Of a DNA stretch of 64,000 bases, positions 19,700-27,891 are shown in pieces. The translations under genes were made by a program, and so were the position numbers. This DNA is from Candidatus Parcubacteria bacterium (lineage in GTDB: Bacteria > Patescibacteriota > Minisyncoccia > Sungbacterales > SURF-37). Location of the stretch: contig QZJO01000011.1 in the NCBI GenBank assembly GCA_003599755.1, positions 2,424 to 66,423 on the forward strand, in the 5' to 3' direction. Positions within the stretch are counted from its first letter, which is position 1, and the number at the start of each line of letters is the position of its first letter. The notes below the pieces were generated by a model, which ran no database searches, was not told the DNA's origin, and was given only the letters and a program-made list of their open reading frames with translations.

Positions 19700-20908
19700 T
19701 TACCGGCGGGAAAGCACGAAGAGCACGAGCCACGACGCCCACGCCAAGATGCCTGCGGCGATGAATGGGGTCTGGATGCCGAGGGCCCCCGAACCCACGC
19801 CGGCGATGAACGGGATCAGGCCTTGCGAGAATGCGAGCAGCGACGCATTGATGCCGAGGGCCGCGCCTTGTTCGTCGGGCGAAACGCTTTTCGAAACGAG
19901 CGCCCCGAGATTGGCCATGGTCAGCCCCTGCGGGATGGCTACGAGCGGGATTATGGCATACAGATACGCCGTATTGGGAAGAAATGGATACAGGATGAAG
20001 AAAAATCCGATGATCGGCATGGTGAAGTAGAGGATCGAGCGCTCGCTGTATTTCCGCACGAGTATGCGAAGGATAAACAGCTGCGTCACCGTGACCCAGG
20101 CGCCTACGATACCGAAAAACGTTCCGATCCCCGCCTCCGAAAAACCGAACCGGTTGATCAAGAGGATGCCGATGAACGATGTAAAAAATGCGAAGCCCGC
20201 AAAATACAGGAAGTTCGTGATATATACCGGCCGGGCATCGCGGTCGCGCCATGCAGCGCGCAAGTTGTGAATGCCTTTCAACATATGGAACGAGCGCGCC
20301 GCGCTGCGTTCTTTGCGGGTTTCGGGCAAAAAGAGCGTAATGGACATCGTATTTACGATTCCGAGTAGCCCGGCGAACCAGAAGGGTGCGGCAGCGCTTC
20401 CGGTAAATTCCGCGATCAAGCCGCCGAGGATCGGCCCGAGAATGAATCCGATGCCGAATGCGCCGCCGATCAGCCCGAAGTTTTTGGCGCGGTCTTTGGG
20501 TTCGGTGATGTCGGCAATGGTCGCTTGGGCAACGGCAAGGTTGGCGCCGGCGATGCCCGATAACGCTCGGGCAAGGATCAAAAGCCAGAGCATCTTTGCC
20601 ATGATCCCGAAGCCGAAGAGGAATTGCGCGATCGCTAGCACCCCGACGCCCGCAGTCAGAATGCGTTTTCGTCCGTATACGTCCGAGAGCTCCCCCACGA
20701 TGGGTGCCGCAAAAAATTGGAACAAGCCGAAGAGTGCGGTAATGATGCCCGCGATCAGATATTGCGAGCTTTGCGAATAACCCTGTAACAGGAACGACGG
20801 CGAGGAGGGATCGGTGAAGATGACCGGGATAATAGGAAAGAGCATCCCGAGCCCGACCATATCTAAAAGTAGCGTCGCGAAGAGAATGGGGAGAATTTTG
20901 CGGGACAT
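19700..20908 (-). CDS. MFS drug:H+ antiporter, TetA-like
   Basis: [11 protein letters not shown] motif [13 protein letters not shown] motif C. Confidence 0.9.
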   Translation of the reverse strand: MSRKILPILFATLLLDMVGLGMLFPIIPVIFTDPSSPSFLLQGYSQSSQYLIAGIITALFGLFQFFAAPIVGELSDVYGRKRILTAGVGVLAIAQFLFGFGIMAKMLWLLILARALSGIAGANLAVAQATIADITEPKDRAKNFGLIGGAFGIGFILGPILGGLIAEFTGSAAAPFWFAGLLGIVNTMSITLFLPETRKERSAARSFHMLKGIHNLRAAWRDRDARPVYITNFLYFAGFAFFTSFIGILLINRFGFSEAGIGTFFGIVGAWVTVTQLFILRILVRKYSERSILYFTMPIIGFFFILYPFLPNTAYLYAIIPLVAIPQGLTMANLGALVSKSVSPDEQGAALGINASLLAFSQGLIPFIAGVGSGALGIQTPFIAAGILAWASWLVLFVLSRR

Positions 20909-21052
20909 GGAAGAATTAATCGATGAGGAAAATCGAGCTGCACCTCAGGGATGCCGATGGACTTGCCGCATTCCACCGCATCCTTCCCAGTAGATTTATC
21001 TCAGAAATGGGGCAGAACAAAACCGCCCCAGCATAGCCAAGTTGGCGGCGCT

Positions 21053-21244
21053 TCAGTTCGAGTTTTTGCGGTGCATGATATACGCCGCGGCAAGTCCGAT
21101 AATAGCGGCGGTTGTGGTCGTAGCGTCCCACTGCCACCCGCTGCCGTGGAAATAGACGCTCCACAAATATGCGACTACGACGTTGGCGGCAAACGCCACC
21201 ACGAAAACCACCGCGAATATCTTCCAAAACGATGGGGTATTCAT
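21053..21244 (-). CDS. Small 2-TM protein
   Basis: 63 aa, two hydrophobic helices. Confidence 0.6.
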   Translation of the reverse strand: MNTPSFWKIFAVVFVVAFAANVVVAYLWSVYFHGSGWQWDATTTTAAIIGLAAAYIMHRKNSN

Positions 21245-21322
21245 GGTTCCAGTATACCGCTAGCGCCGGCAATATGTCGCGCCCAGGGACGAGCTCGAAC
21301 GTTTGGAAAAGGCGGGACGACG

Positions 21323-22576
21323 CTACGCCGGCTTTTTGCCGAGCGCGTACCAATCGATGTCGCGCGTCAGGTACATGATTCCGCCCAGAAGCATGAACAA
21401 AAGCAGCGAACCGAACAAGAGGGCGTAATCCTCGAGCTGGAGGACGAAATACAAATATCCGTAGAGCGCGACCAGCATGACGGCAATGGGAACTGCCCGG
21501 CGCTTGCTCCGCAACACGAATGCGCTGTAGAGCGATACCAAGAGCGTGATCATCGCGGTTGCCGTGATATATGCGGCGATGAATCCGATCTGCTCGGCCA
21601 GAGACAGAAGCAAGATATAAAAGAGGGCAAGGGCCGAGCCGATCAGGAGATACTGAATCGGGTGCACGCGGACTCTTGCCAGCACGTCGAACAAAAAGAA
21701 CACGGCAAACGTGATGATAATGAAGAGCACCGCGTATTTCACGCTGCGAAAGATCATGTCGTAGGCGTCCACGCCGGGGTATAGATCAACGCCGAACGTG
21801 GATGCCGACAATTGCGCCGCCGATACCTCATCCCCCCGCCATGTTTGGGGGAATGACCGTCCGAATGAAGAGAGCCGCCATTCTGCCTGGAATCCGGACG
21901 CGTTCACGTCCCGCTGGGACGGAAGAAATGTTCCGGTGAATTTCGGCGATTGCCACGGCGAAGACATGACGACGATCGTTTCTTTGCCTACGGGCGTGAA
22001 CGAAATTCCTTCGCTGCCTTTGATTTGGAATGCAAGCGAAAACGGAATAGTCCCGGCGTTCGCATCCACGGGAACCGCCGCGTGGAGGCCTGAACCTTCT
22101 TGGAATCCCGCTCCGGGCCCCGGCTCGAAGGCATAGTTCGCGCCCGCCCAGGTCAGGGTGAGCTCTTCCTCTATTCCCCGGGTATCGGTGATGGGAAGAG
22201 AGAACACGGCCGTGCCGGATCGCCCGCGCGCGAGTTCGGCTGCCGAAAATTCGCCCGAAATTTTGACGGCGCTCGAATATACGACCACGTCAAAGATTCC
22301 CCGCGAGCGCGTCTCGGGGAGCATGGTGGCTTCGATCCGCGTGTTTTCCGGGAGAATATACGTCCGCGTCGGCGTTTCTTCCTCTGTTTCGGCCACGACC
22401 ATCGGGCCGGTTATTACCTGCCGTTGGCCCCACTGGGACGCGATTTCCCGCCTTGCGTCCGACAGCCGATCCCGCCGCTCCTCCACGAGCGCCAACGCCA
22501 ACAGGCTCGCGACAAAACAGGCGCCTGCAATCACGGCGATAGCGAGAAGTTTGAGAGAAATGCCGTCCTGGTTCAT
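21323..22576 (-). CDS. creD: Inner membrane protein CreD
   Basis: W..Q.ITGP, RSRGIF..VVY, SPKFTG.FLP, RSVKYA, HPIQYLLIG, LQLEDYALL. Confidence 0.92.
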   Translation of the reverse strand: MNQDGISLKLLAIAVIAGACFVASLLALALVEERRDRLSDARREIASQWGQRQVITGPMVVAETEEETPTRTYILPENTRIEATMLPETRSRGIFDVVVYSSAVKISGEFSAAELARGRSGTAVFSLPITDTRGIEEELTLTWAGANYAFEPGPGAGFQEGSGLHAAVPVDANAGTIPFSLAFQIKGSEGISFTPVGKETIVVMSSPWQSPKFTGTFLPSQRDVNASGFQAEWRLSSFGRSFPQTWRGDEVSAAQLSASTFGVDLYPGVDAYDMIFRSVKYAVLFIIITFAVFFLFDVLARVRVHPIQYLLIGSALALFYILLLSLAEQIGFIAAYITATAMITLLVSLYSAFVLRSKRRAVPIAVMLVALYGYLYFVLQLEDYALLFGSLLLFMLLGGIMYLTRDIDWYALGKKPA

Positions 22577-22635
22577 TGCGGGAGTGCCAATACTGGGTAT
22601 ACCGGCTGGTGCGGTGAGATGGTTTTCATCTGGGT

Positions 22636-22731
22636 GAAATTCGAATATCCCTATAGGGCCGGGCCCTCGGGCTGTAGGCGAATATCGAAATTCGAAACAA
22701 ACTCAAAATTCGAATGGCCAAATACTGAAAC
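22636..22731. repeat. Heptamer-periodic repeat element with nested GC hairpin
   Basis: GAAATTC/GAATATC/GAAACAA units; 29-nt hairpin 22650-22678 between two CGAATATC copies. Confidence 0.65.
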
Positions 22732-22739
22732 CCGGTCGC

Positions 22740-23498
22740 TTAGGCCGTTGGTCTTGAGTTAGCGGCACTCGCTTGCCGAAAGAGCAGCGCGGAACCGACA
22801 AACGCCATCACCCAGAAAGTATTGAGCGTGAAGACGCGTACGACCCCGGGGGCGAAGTCCGGCGTCCCGATGATGAGCGCGATGACGGGGATCGCGAATT
22901 GGACCAATGCCGCGGCAAAGAGTACGTAGGACATGCCGCGCGGCTTGAGGCGCGCAATGATGGCGCCGATGAAGAGCGTGAAGATCACGCCGGCGTAGAG
23001 CACATTGACGTCGCTACCGCCGATAATGCCCACAGCACCGTTGACCCAGGCCAGAAGAAGCATTGCCGCAACGGCCATGCCAACGGCAAACCGATATGCG
23101 GCATTGCCCGATGTTCTGGCAATAAGTTCATAGAGAAGCGCGGAACCGAAGAGCACGACGACGGCAAACACGAAATCGCCTCGCGTCCAAGGCCATTGCG
23201 CCAGCAGCGGTATCATGAGAATCGCCACAACGAGGACGGCCCATATGCTCAATCGTTTTATGGTAGTTTGCATACTGATGCGCGTTAAATGTTCCCTGAT
23301 AATCCCTGCGAATGTTTCGACAAATATCCAGAGGGCGAAACCGAGCAATTCCCTGCTTGCCCCTTGGCGCTCGCGGAGCATATCGCCGAAGGTCTGCTCC
23401 ATCCCCTCGCCGAAGCACTCGCGGTACGGCTTCGGATAGAGGCGAACGAGGGTTGCGTACCAAGTACGGTATCGCCGTATCGAGCGGTCATGCTGCAT
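22740..23498 (-). CDS. PadR-associated membrane protein
   Basis: N-terminal Y..LVRLYP..YRE.FGEGMEQTF.D then about 6 TM helices; overlaps padR. Confidence 0.75.
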   Translation of the reverse strand: MQHDRSIRRYRTWYATLVRLYPKPYRECFGEGMEQTFGDMLRERQGASRELLGFALWIFVETFAGIIREHLTRISMQTTIKRLSIWAVLVVAILMIPLLAQWPWTRGDFVFAVVVLFGSALLYELIARTSGNAAYRFAVGMAVAAMLLLAWVNGAVGIIGGSDVNVLYAGVIFTLFIGAIIARLKPRGMSYVLFAAALVQFAIPVIALIIGTPDFAPGVVRVFTLNTFWVMAFVGSALLFRQASAANSRPTA

Positions 23499-23844
23499 AC
23501 CCGAACGTATTCGATGAAAGCCGTTTGGCGACCGCTACGACCTCGCGGTATCGTTCCAATTCGGCCGCAAGCGCTTTTTGGCCGAGGCCGGTGATTTTGT
23601 AGTAAATCCGCCGCTCATCATCTATTGCCGGGTCAATCTTTTTGTCGCTTTCTCGTATCAGTCCGGCTTCGATCATGCGGCTGAGAGAGCCGTAGAGCGT
23701 GCCCGGCCCCATGGCCACCTTCCCCTGTGAATCGGCCTCGACCTGCTTCATAATTCCGTAGCCGTGCCGCTCTATGGCCGAGAGCGCTAGGAGGATATGC
23801 AGCACGGCCGGCGTGAGAGGTGTATTGGCGATGGTTTTAGGCAT
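23488..23844 (-). CDS. PadR family transcriptional regulator
   Basis: HGYGIMK, GPGTLYGSL, RRIYYKITGLG. Confidence 0.92.
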   Translation of the reverse strand: MPKTIANTPLTPAVLHILLALSAIERHGYGIMKQVEADSQGKVAMGPGTLYGSLSRMIEAGLIRESDKKIDPAIDDERRIYYKITGLGQKALAAELERYREVVAVAKRLSSNTFGYAA

Positions 23845-23851
23845 ATTTCGC

Positions 23852-23874
23852 ACTATATCTGTTGCGGATATAGT
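23852..23874. promoter_or_regulatory. Probable PadR autoregulatory operator
   Basis: ACTATATC-N7-GATATAGT perfect inverted repeat 8 nt upstream of padR ATG. Confidence 0.6.
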
Positions 23875-23938
23875 TGGTACTCCCCCGCTCTTCGTGCGGT
23901 TTCGCATTGAGCGAAACCAAAAACGCCCCTACGTGGCG

Positions 23939-23967
23939 TTGAAAAATCATTCGTTTTGAGGCATAAT
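23939..23967 (+). promoter_or_regulatory. Sigma70 promoter of tRNA-Gln
   Basis: TTGAAA-17 nt-CATAAT, 10 nt before tRNA. Confidence 0.7.
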
Positions 23968-23977
23968 CGAACCGCAT

Positions 23978-24048
23978 TGGGGAGTCGTCTAATGGTAGGA
24001 CATCGCCCTTTGGAGGCGAGTATCGGGGTTCGAATCCCTGCTCCCCAG
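23978..24048 (+). tRNA. tRNA-Gln (anticodon TTG); CCA not encoded
   Basis: TGGGGAG/CTCCCCA acceptor stem, TCGCC-CTTTGGA-GGCGA anticodon arm, GGTTCGAATCC T arm. Confidence 0.96.
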
Positions 24049-24187
24049 CAACACATCGGTGCAGTGAGTGTTGACTCCCCACGCCGCAACATGGCACTAT
24101 CGTTGGGTCACGTTGCAATTCGATCTGAAAGAATTTGCGGGCGTTTGTCGGGCGTCCGCCGCATACCAATAGCGCATGTATTCGCAT

Positions 24188-24283
24188 ATGATTGACGCAA
24201 TCATTCGCGCAGAGGGTGACGACCAGACCGAACAGGGCGAGGAAACCAAGGAAGGGGGCGAATCGTCCGAAGAGAGCAAATAG
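24188..24283 (+). CDS. Putative small acidic peptide, 31 aa
   Basis: MIDAIIRAEGDDQTEQGEETKEGGESSEESK; upstream TTGACT-18-CACTAT; strong hairpin immediately after stop. Confidence 0.4.
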   Translation: MIDAIIRAEGDDQTEQGEETKEGGESSEESK

Positions 24284-24285
24284 GC

Positions 24286-24318
24286 CAATCCCCGCGCCGG
24301 AATCCGGCGCGGGGATTG
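24286..24318 (+). terminator. Perfect hairpin terminator
   Basis: CAATCCCCGCGCCGG-AAT-CCGGCGCGGGGATTG. Confidence 0.7.
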
Positions 24319-24340
24319 CGTTTGGCCGTCACTCTTGGCG

Positions 24341-24422
24341 GAAATCCGAAATCCTAAAAGCGTTTTGAATTTTTGATCATTCGATACTGTTTCGAGTTTC
24401 GATATTCGTGCTTCGGATTTTA
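24341..24422. repeat. Heptamer-periodic repeat element
   Basis: GAAATCC x2, then TTTCGAG TTTCGAT ATTCGTG CTTCGGA; reverse complement resembles 22679-22731. Confidence 0.65.
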
Positions 24423-24428
24423 TACATG

Positions 24429-25142
24429 CTAAATCACGTCCTTGCGTTCCACCACGACTTCCCAATTTTTCTTGCGCGCGTATTTGTATAACTTCATCGA
24501 AGGGTTGAATGCGATGGGCCGGTCCACCAGTTCAAGAAACGCGATGTCGGATTCCGTGTCCCCCACGCCGACCGAGCCGTCCAGCGTCAGGCCTTCCTTC
24601 TGAATAGCGCGGCGCAGCACAATGGCCTTGTCGCGGATCACGTCCTCATACAGCACTTTGCCGGTGAAGCGGACTTTTTCGTCCACTTCATAGACCATGG
24701 CATAAACCTTGTCGAAACCAAGTGAGCGCGCGAACGGTGCGACGGCCTCATAGGGCGAATGTGAAATGGCCAGGAGATAGTGCGTTTTGTTGAGTTGCTT
24801 TACCAGATCGCGCGTGTAGCGGTACAGGCGCACGCGATGGAAGGCGACCACCTTCTCGGCCACGGCCCAGATGTCGGCGCGGCGCACGCCTTGGATGTGC
24901 TTGAGATACGCTTCGATGACGCTCTCGATGAATTCGTAATAGGAAAAGCCGGTCTTGGCCGAACCCTCGCGCGCCTGCCATTTGCGCCAGGCATCGGAAT
25001 ATTCATTGCGCGCGGCTTTGGGAAAAATGCCGGCCGCGATCAGGGCCTCGACCATTTCAACCAAAAGAGATGAGCGGAAGATGGTACCGTCGATGTCGAA
25101 GACGGCGACTTTCCTAAGCAGTTTTGTTCTCTTGGTCGGCAT
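24429..25142 (-). CDS. HAD-IB family hydrolase (SerB-like)
   Basis: FDIDGT, ISHSP, GDTESD, FNP. Confidence 0.9.
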   Translation of the reverse strand: MPTKRTKLLRKVAVFDIDGTIFRSSLLVEMVEALIAAGIFPKAARNEYSDAWRKWQAREGSAKTGFSYYEFIESVIEAYLKHIQGVRRADIWAVAEKVVAFHRVRLYRYTRDLVKQLNKTHYLLAISHSPYEAVAPFARSLGFDKVYAMVYEVDEKVRFTGKVLYEDVIRDKAIVLRRAIQKEGLTLDGSVGVGDTESDIAFLELVDRPIAFNPSMKLYKYARKKNWEVVVERKDVI

Positions 25143-26232
25143 TGATGATTTCCACTAATGCTAATTCAAGCGGTAACTGCGGAATAGGGCTTCGCTTCGC
25201 CAACTCTGCGGCATCGATGAGTGCGGCAATGGCGCGCGCCAGATCATTCGCGGAATATGCCGCAAGATGGGCGGCCAGCGCCTCGCGGCCTTCGGGCAGC
25301 ATGCTTGCCTCGGGCGCGCCGTCGGGATTGGTGGTGGTCTTTGCCAGAAGCGCGTCGCGGAAAAAGCCGATTAAAAGCTTGGCAAGATAATCCATTTCAT
25401 AGCCGCGGTAGTAGAGCGAATTCAAAAGCTCAATTGCCTCTTTGAGGTGCCGGCGGCCGATATGCTCGGAAAGCGTCAGCAGCGCCTCGCGCTTCGGGAT
25501 ACCGAGGATTTCCTCGACATCGCCCAGCGCGATGGGGTTCGTGCCGGTGGCGAGGATTTTGCCGAGCATGCTTTCGGCGTCGCGCATCGCACCTTCGGCC
25601 ACGAACGCGATCGCGGCCGCGGCGTCCGGTTCGAGCTTCGCGCCTTCGGCTTTGGCGATTGCCAAGATGCGGTCGCGGATCACGGTTTCGCGGGGCCGGC
25701 GGAAATCGAAATGCTGGGTGCGAGAAACAATCGTCGGCAATACTTTGTCGAGTTCCGTGGTCGCGAGGATGAACATCGCGTGGGGTGGCGGCTCTTCAAG
25801 GGTTTTCAAGAGTGCGTTGAATGCATCTTTGGTGAGCTGGTGGACTTCGTCGATGATATAGACCTTCATGCGGCCTTCGGCCGGCGCAAAGCGCACGGCA
25901 TCGCGCAGTTCGCGGATCTCATCGATGCCGCGGTTTGAAGCGGCATCGATCTCGATGAGATTCAGCGCCCGGCCGGCATTGAAGGCCTCGCAGGACGGGC
26001 AGGCGTTGCAGGGCGCTTCTTTCTTGGATCCGGTGACCGTGCAATTCGCGGCTTTGGCGACGATGCGAGCGACCGTGGTCTTGCCCACGCCGCGCGGACC
26101 AGAAAACAGATACGCGTGCGCGACGCGGCCGGATTGGATCTGGCGTTTCAGTACCGAGACGATATGATCCTGCCCCATGACTTCGGCGAAGTCCTTGGGA
26201 CGGTATTTTCGGTACAGTACTTGGTACTCCAT
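25114..26232 (-). CDS. dnaX: DNA polymerase III subunit gamma/tau (short)
   Basis: LYRKYRP, GPRGVGKTT, EIDAASNRG, IIDEVH, NALLKTLEEPP. Confidence 0.97.
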   Translation of the reverse strand: MEYQVLYRKYRPKDFAEVMGQDHIVSVLKRQIQSGRVAHAYLFSGPRGVGKTTVARIVAKAANCTVTGSKKEAPCNACPSCEAFNAGRALNLIEIDAASNRGIDEIRELRDAVRFAPAEGRMKVYIIDEVHQLTKDAFNALLKTLEEPPPHAMFILATTELDKVLPTIVSRTQHFDFRRPRETVIRDRILAIAKAEGAKLEPDAAAAIAFVAEGAMRDAESMLGKILATGTNPIALGDVEEILGIPKREALLTLSEHIGRRHLKEAIELLNSLYYRGYEMDYLAKLLIGFFRDALLAKTTTNPDGAPEASMLPEGREALAAHLAAYSANDLARAIAALIDAAELAKRSPIPQLPLELALVEIINADQENKTA

Positions 26233-26322
26233 AAGAATTTATAATGCGGAATTTAGAGCGCAGAAATATTGCAGCGGGTCGGCAGGTCGTCTAATTCTGA
26301 ATTCTTGCTTCTGAATTTTTAA
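26233..26322. repeat. Heptamer-periodic imperfect inverted repeat
   Basis: AAGAATT TATAATG CGGAATT TAGAGCG ... AATTCTG AATTCTT GCTTCTG AATTTTT; right arm encodes the last codons of the upstream ORF. Confidence 0.5.
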
Positions 26323-26686
26323 CTATGATATAGCGCGTCTCGATCGTCTGCTTGCCGTAGCGGTTTTTTGCCACGAAATCGAGTCGGTTGACGCCGTTAA
26401 ACAGCTGGAGGCGTTCGGAAAATTCACCGGTCGGCGCTATGTACAGCGGCCTGCCGTTGATTGAGACGTCGGCGTCCGGATCCGTGCGGCCGCGCACGTC
26501 ATATACGGTCTCGGCGATGGCGATGTCGCGCTCCGGCGCGATAAGCGTCAAATCGGGCGCAGTGAGAAATCGCGACTCATAGACGAAAAATCCGACAATG
26601 CCGGCCGCGAGTATGACTGCCAGAGCGCGTTTGACGTTTTTACGCGAGACGTATCCTTCGGAAATCGGACGCCGGATCACCTGCAT
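26291..26686 (-). CDS. Single-TM protein with Ig-like (glucodextranase-like) domain
   Basis: TM then V.GRTDPDADVSING..GEF..L..GVN; start uncertain. Confidence 0.7.
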   Translation of the reverse strand: MQVIRRPISEGYVSRKNVKRALAVILAAGIVGFFVYESRFLTAPDLTLIAPERDIAIAETVYDVRGRTDPDADVSINGRPLYIAPTGEFSERLQLFNGVNRLDFVAKNRYGKQTIETRYIIVKNSEARIQN

Positions 26687-26771
26687 ATTGTAGCGCACCG
26701 GCCGGGTATTCCGCATCTTTACCCAGCCATATTTTGGGGTACGCCATTACGAGGGCTGGGTTTACAGAGTT

Positions 26772-26806
26772 AAAAAACTGCGCTCCGGCCGTGCGGGGCC
26801 GGAGCG
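26772..26806 (-). terminator. Intrinsic terminator
   Basis: CGCTCCGGCC/GGCCGGAGCG stem followed by T-run on minus strand. Confidence 0.75.
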
Positions 26807-26828
26807 GAAACAAGCGGGGTTCACAGGG

Positions 26829-26960
26829 CTAGCTGCAGCCGTACCTGGCGCAGAAGTCGGACGCGCCGGCGATGCCCAGGATAGCGAGCGCCGCGGCGAG
26901 GGCGAGGTACTCTCGCCAGTGATCTGCGACGTGATCGAGGAAACGGTAGAATCGGTCCAC
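26829..26960 (-). CDS. Small membrane protein, 43 aa (not in ORF track)
   Basis: GTG start with SD GGAGGG; MDRFYRFLDHVADHWREYLALAAALAILGIAGASDFCARYGCS; own promoter and terminator. Confidence 0.65.
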   Translation of the reverse strand: MDRFYRFLDHVADHWREYLALAAALAILGIAGASDFCARYGCS

Positions 26961-27004
26961 GAAACCCTCCAAGCACGGAAATGAGCTCCACGCTTCTAAA
27001 TATT

Positions 27005-27033
27005 ATTATATACTATATTTATAAATAAATCAA
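27005..27033 (-). promoter_or_regulatory. Near-consensus sigma70 promoter
   Basis: TTGATT-17 nt-TATAAT, very AT-rich. Confidence 0.75.
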
Positions 27034-27057
27034 GAGGCAGGCAGTTTAGCAAAAAGA

Positions 27058-27086
27058 TAACCGCCCCGGTGCTGCCGAGGCGGTTA
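27058..27086 (-). terminator. Hairpin terminator (AACCGCCCCGG family)
   Basis: TAACCGCCCCGG/CCGAGGCGGTTA stem, T-rich tail on minus strand. Confidence 0.65.
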
Positions 27087-27100
27087 GGTTGCTTGTTGGC

Positions 27101-27349
27101 CTAGGCCATTTTCTTCTTGTCTTCTTCCTCCATCTTCTTGAGTGCTTCTTCTTCCCATTTCGGCATGGGACTGGTGAGGTCGGCGAATACCACGATAGGT
27201 AGAAGCGAGCAGAGGAAGAGAGCGAGGAGGAGGCCGCCGCCCGAACGTGCGCCGGGAAAGAGTACGATGAGCAGAATGCCGATGGCTGAAGCTACGGCAT
27301 TCCCCGCGTACCATAGGCATCTGTCTTTTGTCATCTTACGGATGCGCAT
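27101..27349 (-). CDS. Small 2-TM orphan protein
   Basis: SD GGAGGT; two TM helices and charged tail. Confidence 0.65.
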   Translation of the reverse strand: MRIRKMTKDRCLWYAGNAVASAIGILLIVLFPGARSGGGLLLALFLCSLLPIVVFADLTSPMPKWEEEALKKMEEEDKKKMA

Positions 27350-27352
27350 GAC

Positions 27353-27778
27353 TCACCTCCAAGGAAGTTGTAGGACGGAAGCCATACCGACCACCACCCA
27401 GATTGCGAAGAATACGTAGCCGAGATATTTAATGATCTGGTGAGTGGTTGTGCCTTGCCGCGCGTTGATGTACTCGCGACCTCCGAAAATGAAGACTGAT
27501 TGGCTGCTTGCCTGTTCGAGCGCCACAAGCCGGAAGTCCCAGTAGTCCAGCCAGTGGATGCTTCGTCGATTTGTCAGCACCCAGAGTACTGCGAAGTATG
27601 CGCCAAGGGCGCATGCTATCGCCTGCGCACCCGATCCAAACTTCAGATAGGTTACGACAAAGGACAATCCTGCCGAATGGATGAGGAAGAAGAGCTGAGT
27701 CCTGGTCCATCGAAGCGTTGTCTCATTCGTACGGAGCGCGATGAGGCCGGCATACATCGTCCGCTGGTCATCGGTCAT
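27353..27778 (-). CDS. Small multi-TM protein, RipA-like
   Basis: SD AGGAGG; E..LRW.R..LFF, G..FAVLW, W..YW..RL..LE pattern; lower GC. Confidence 0.6.
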   Translation of the reverse strand: MTDDQRTMYAGLIALRTNETTLRWTRTQLFFLIHSAGLSFVVTYLKFGSGAQAIACALGAYFAVLWVLTNRRSIHWLDYWDFRLVALEQASSQSVFIFGGREYINARQGTTTHQIIKYLGYVFFAIWVVVGMASVLQLPWR

Positions 27779-27891
27779 CGTCGTCCTCCTGGACGGTGTC
27801 GAAGTGCTCGCGCAAGTATACTACGAAATACAAAATTGTCCAGATATACTATCTGTCTGTAAGCCAATCGGAGAATAAATACTTCGAGATT

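Noticed and set aside
23978-24048. tRNA-Gln as integration site of an island
   Set aside because: No duplicated tRNA 3' end or integrase seen in the window.
24940-24965. Possible micro-element insertion (SAKTGFS) in the HAD hydrolase
   Set aside because: No convincing palindrome or match to the other element families; needs an alignment.
26721-26761. 8-bp inverted repeat ACCCAGCC...GGCTGGGT
   Set aside because: Short, with an unstructured spacer; compatible with chance.
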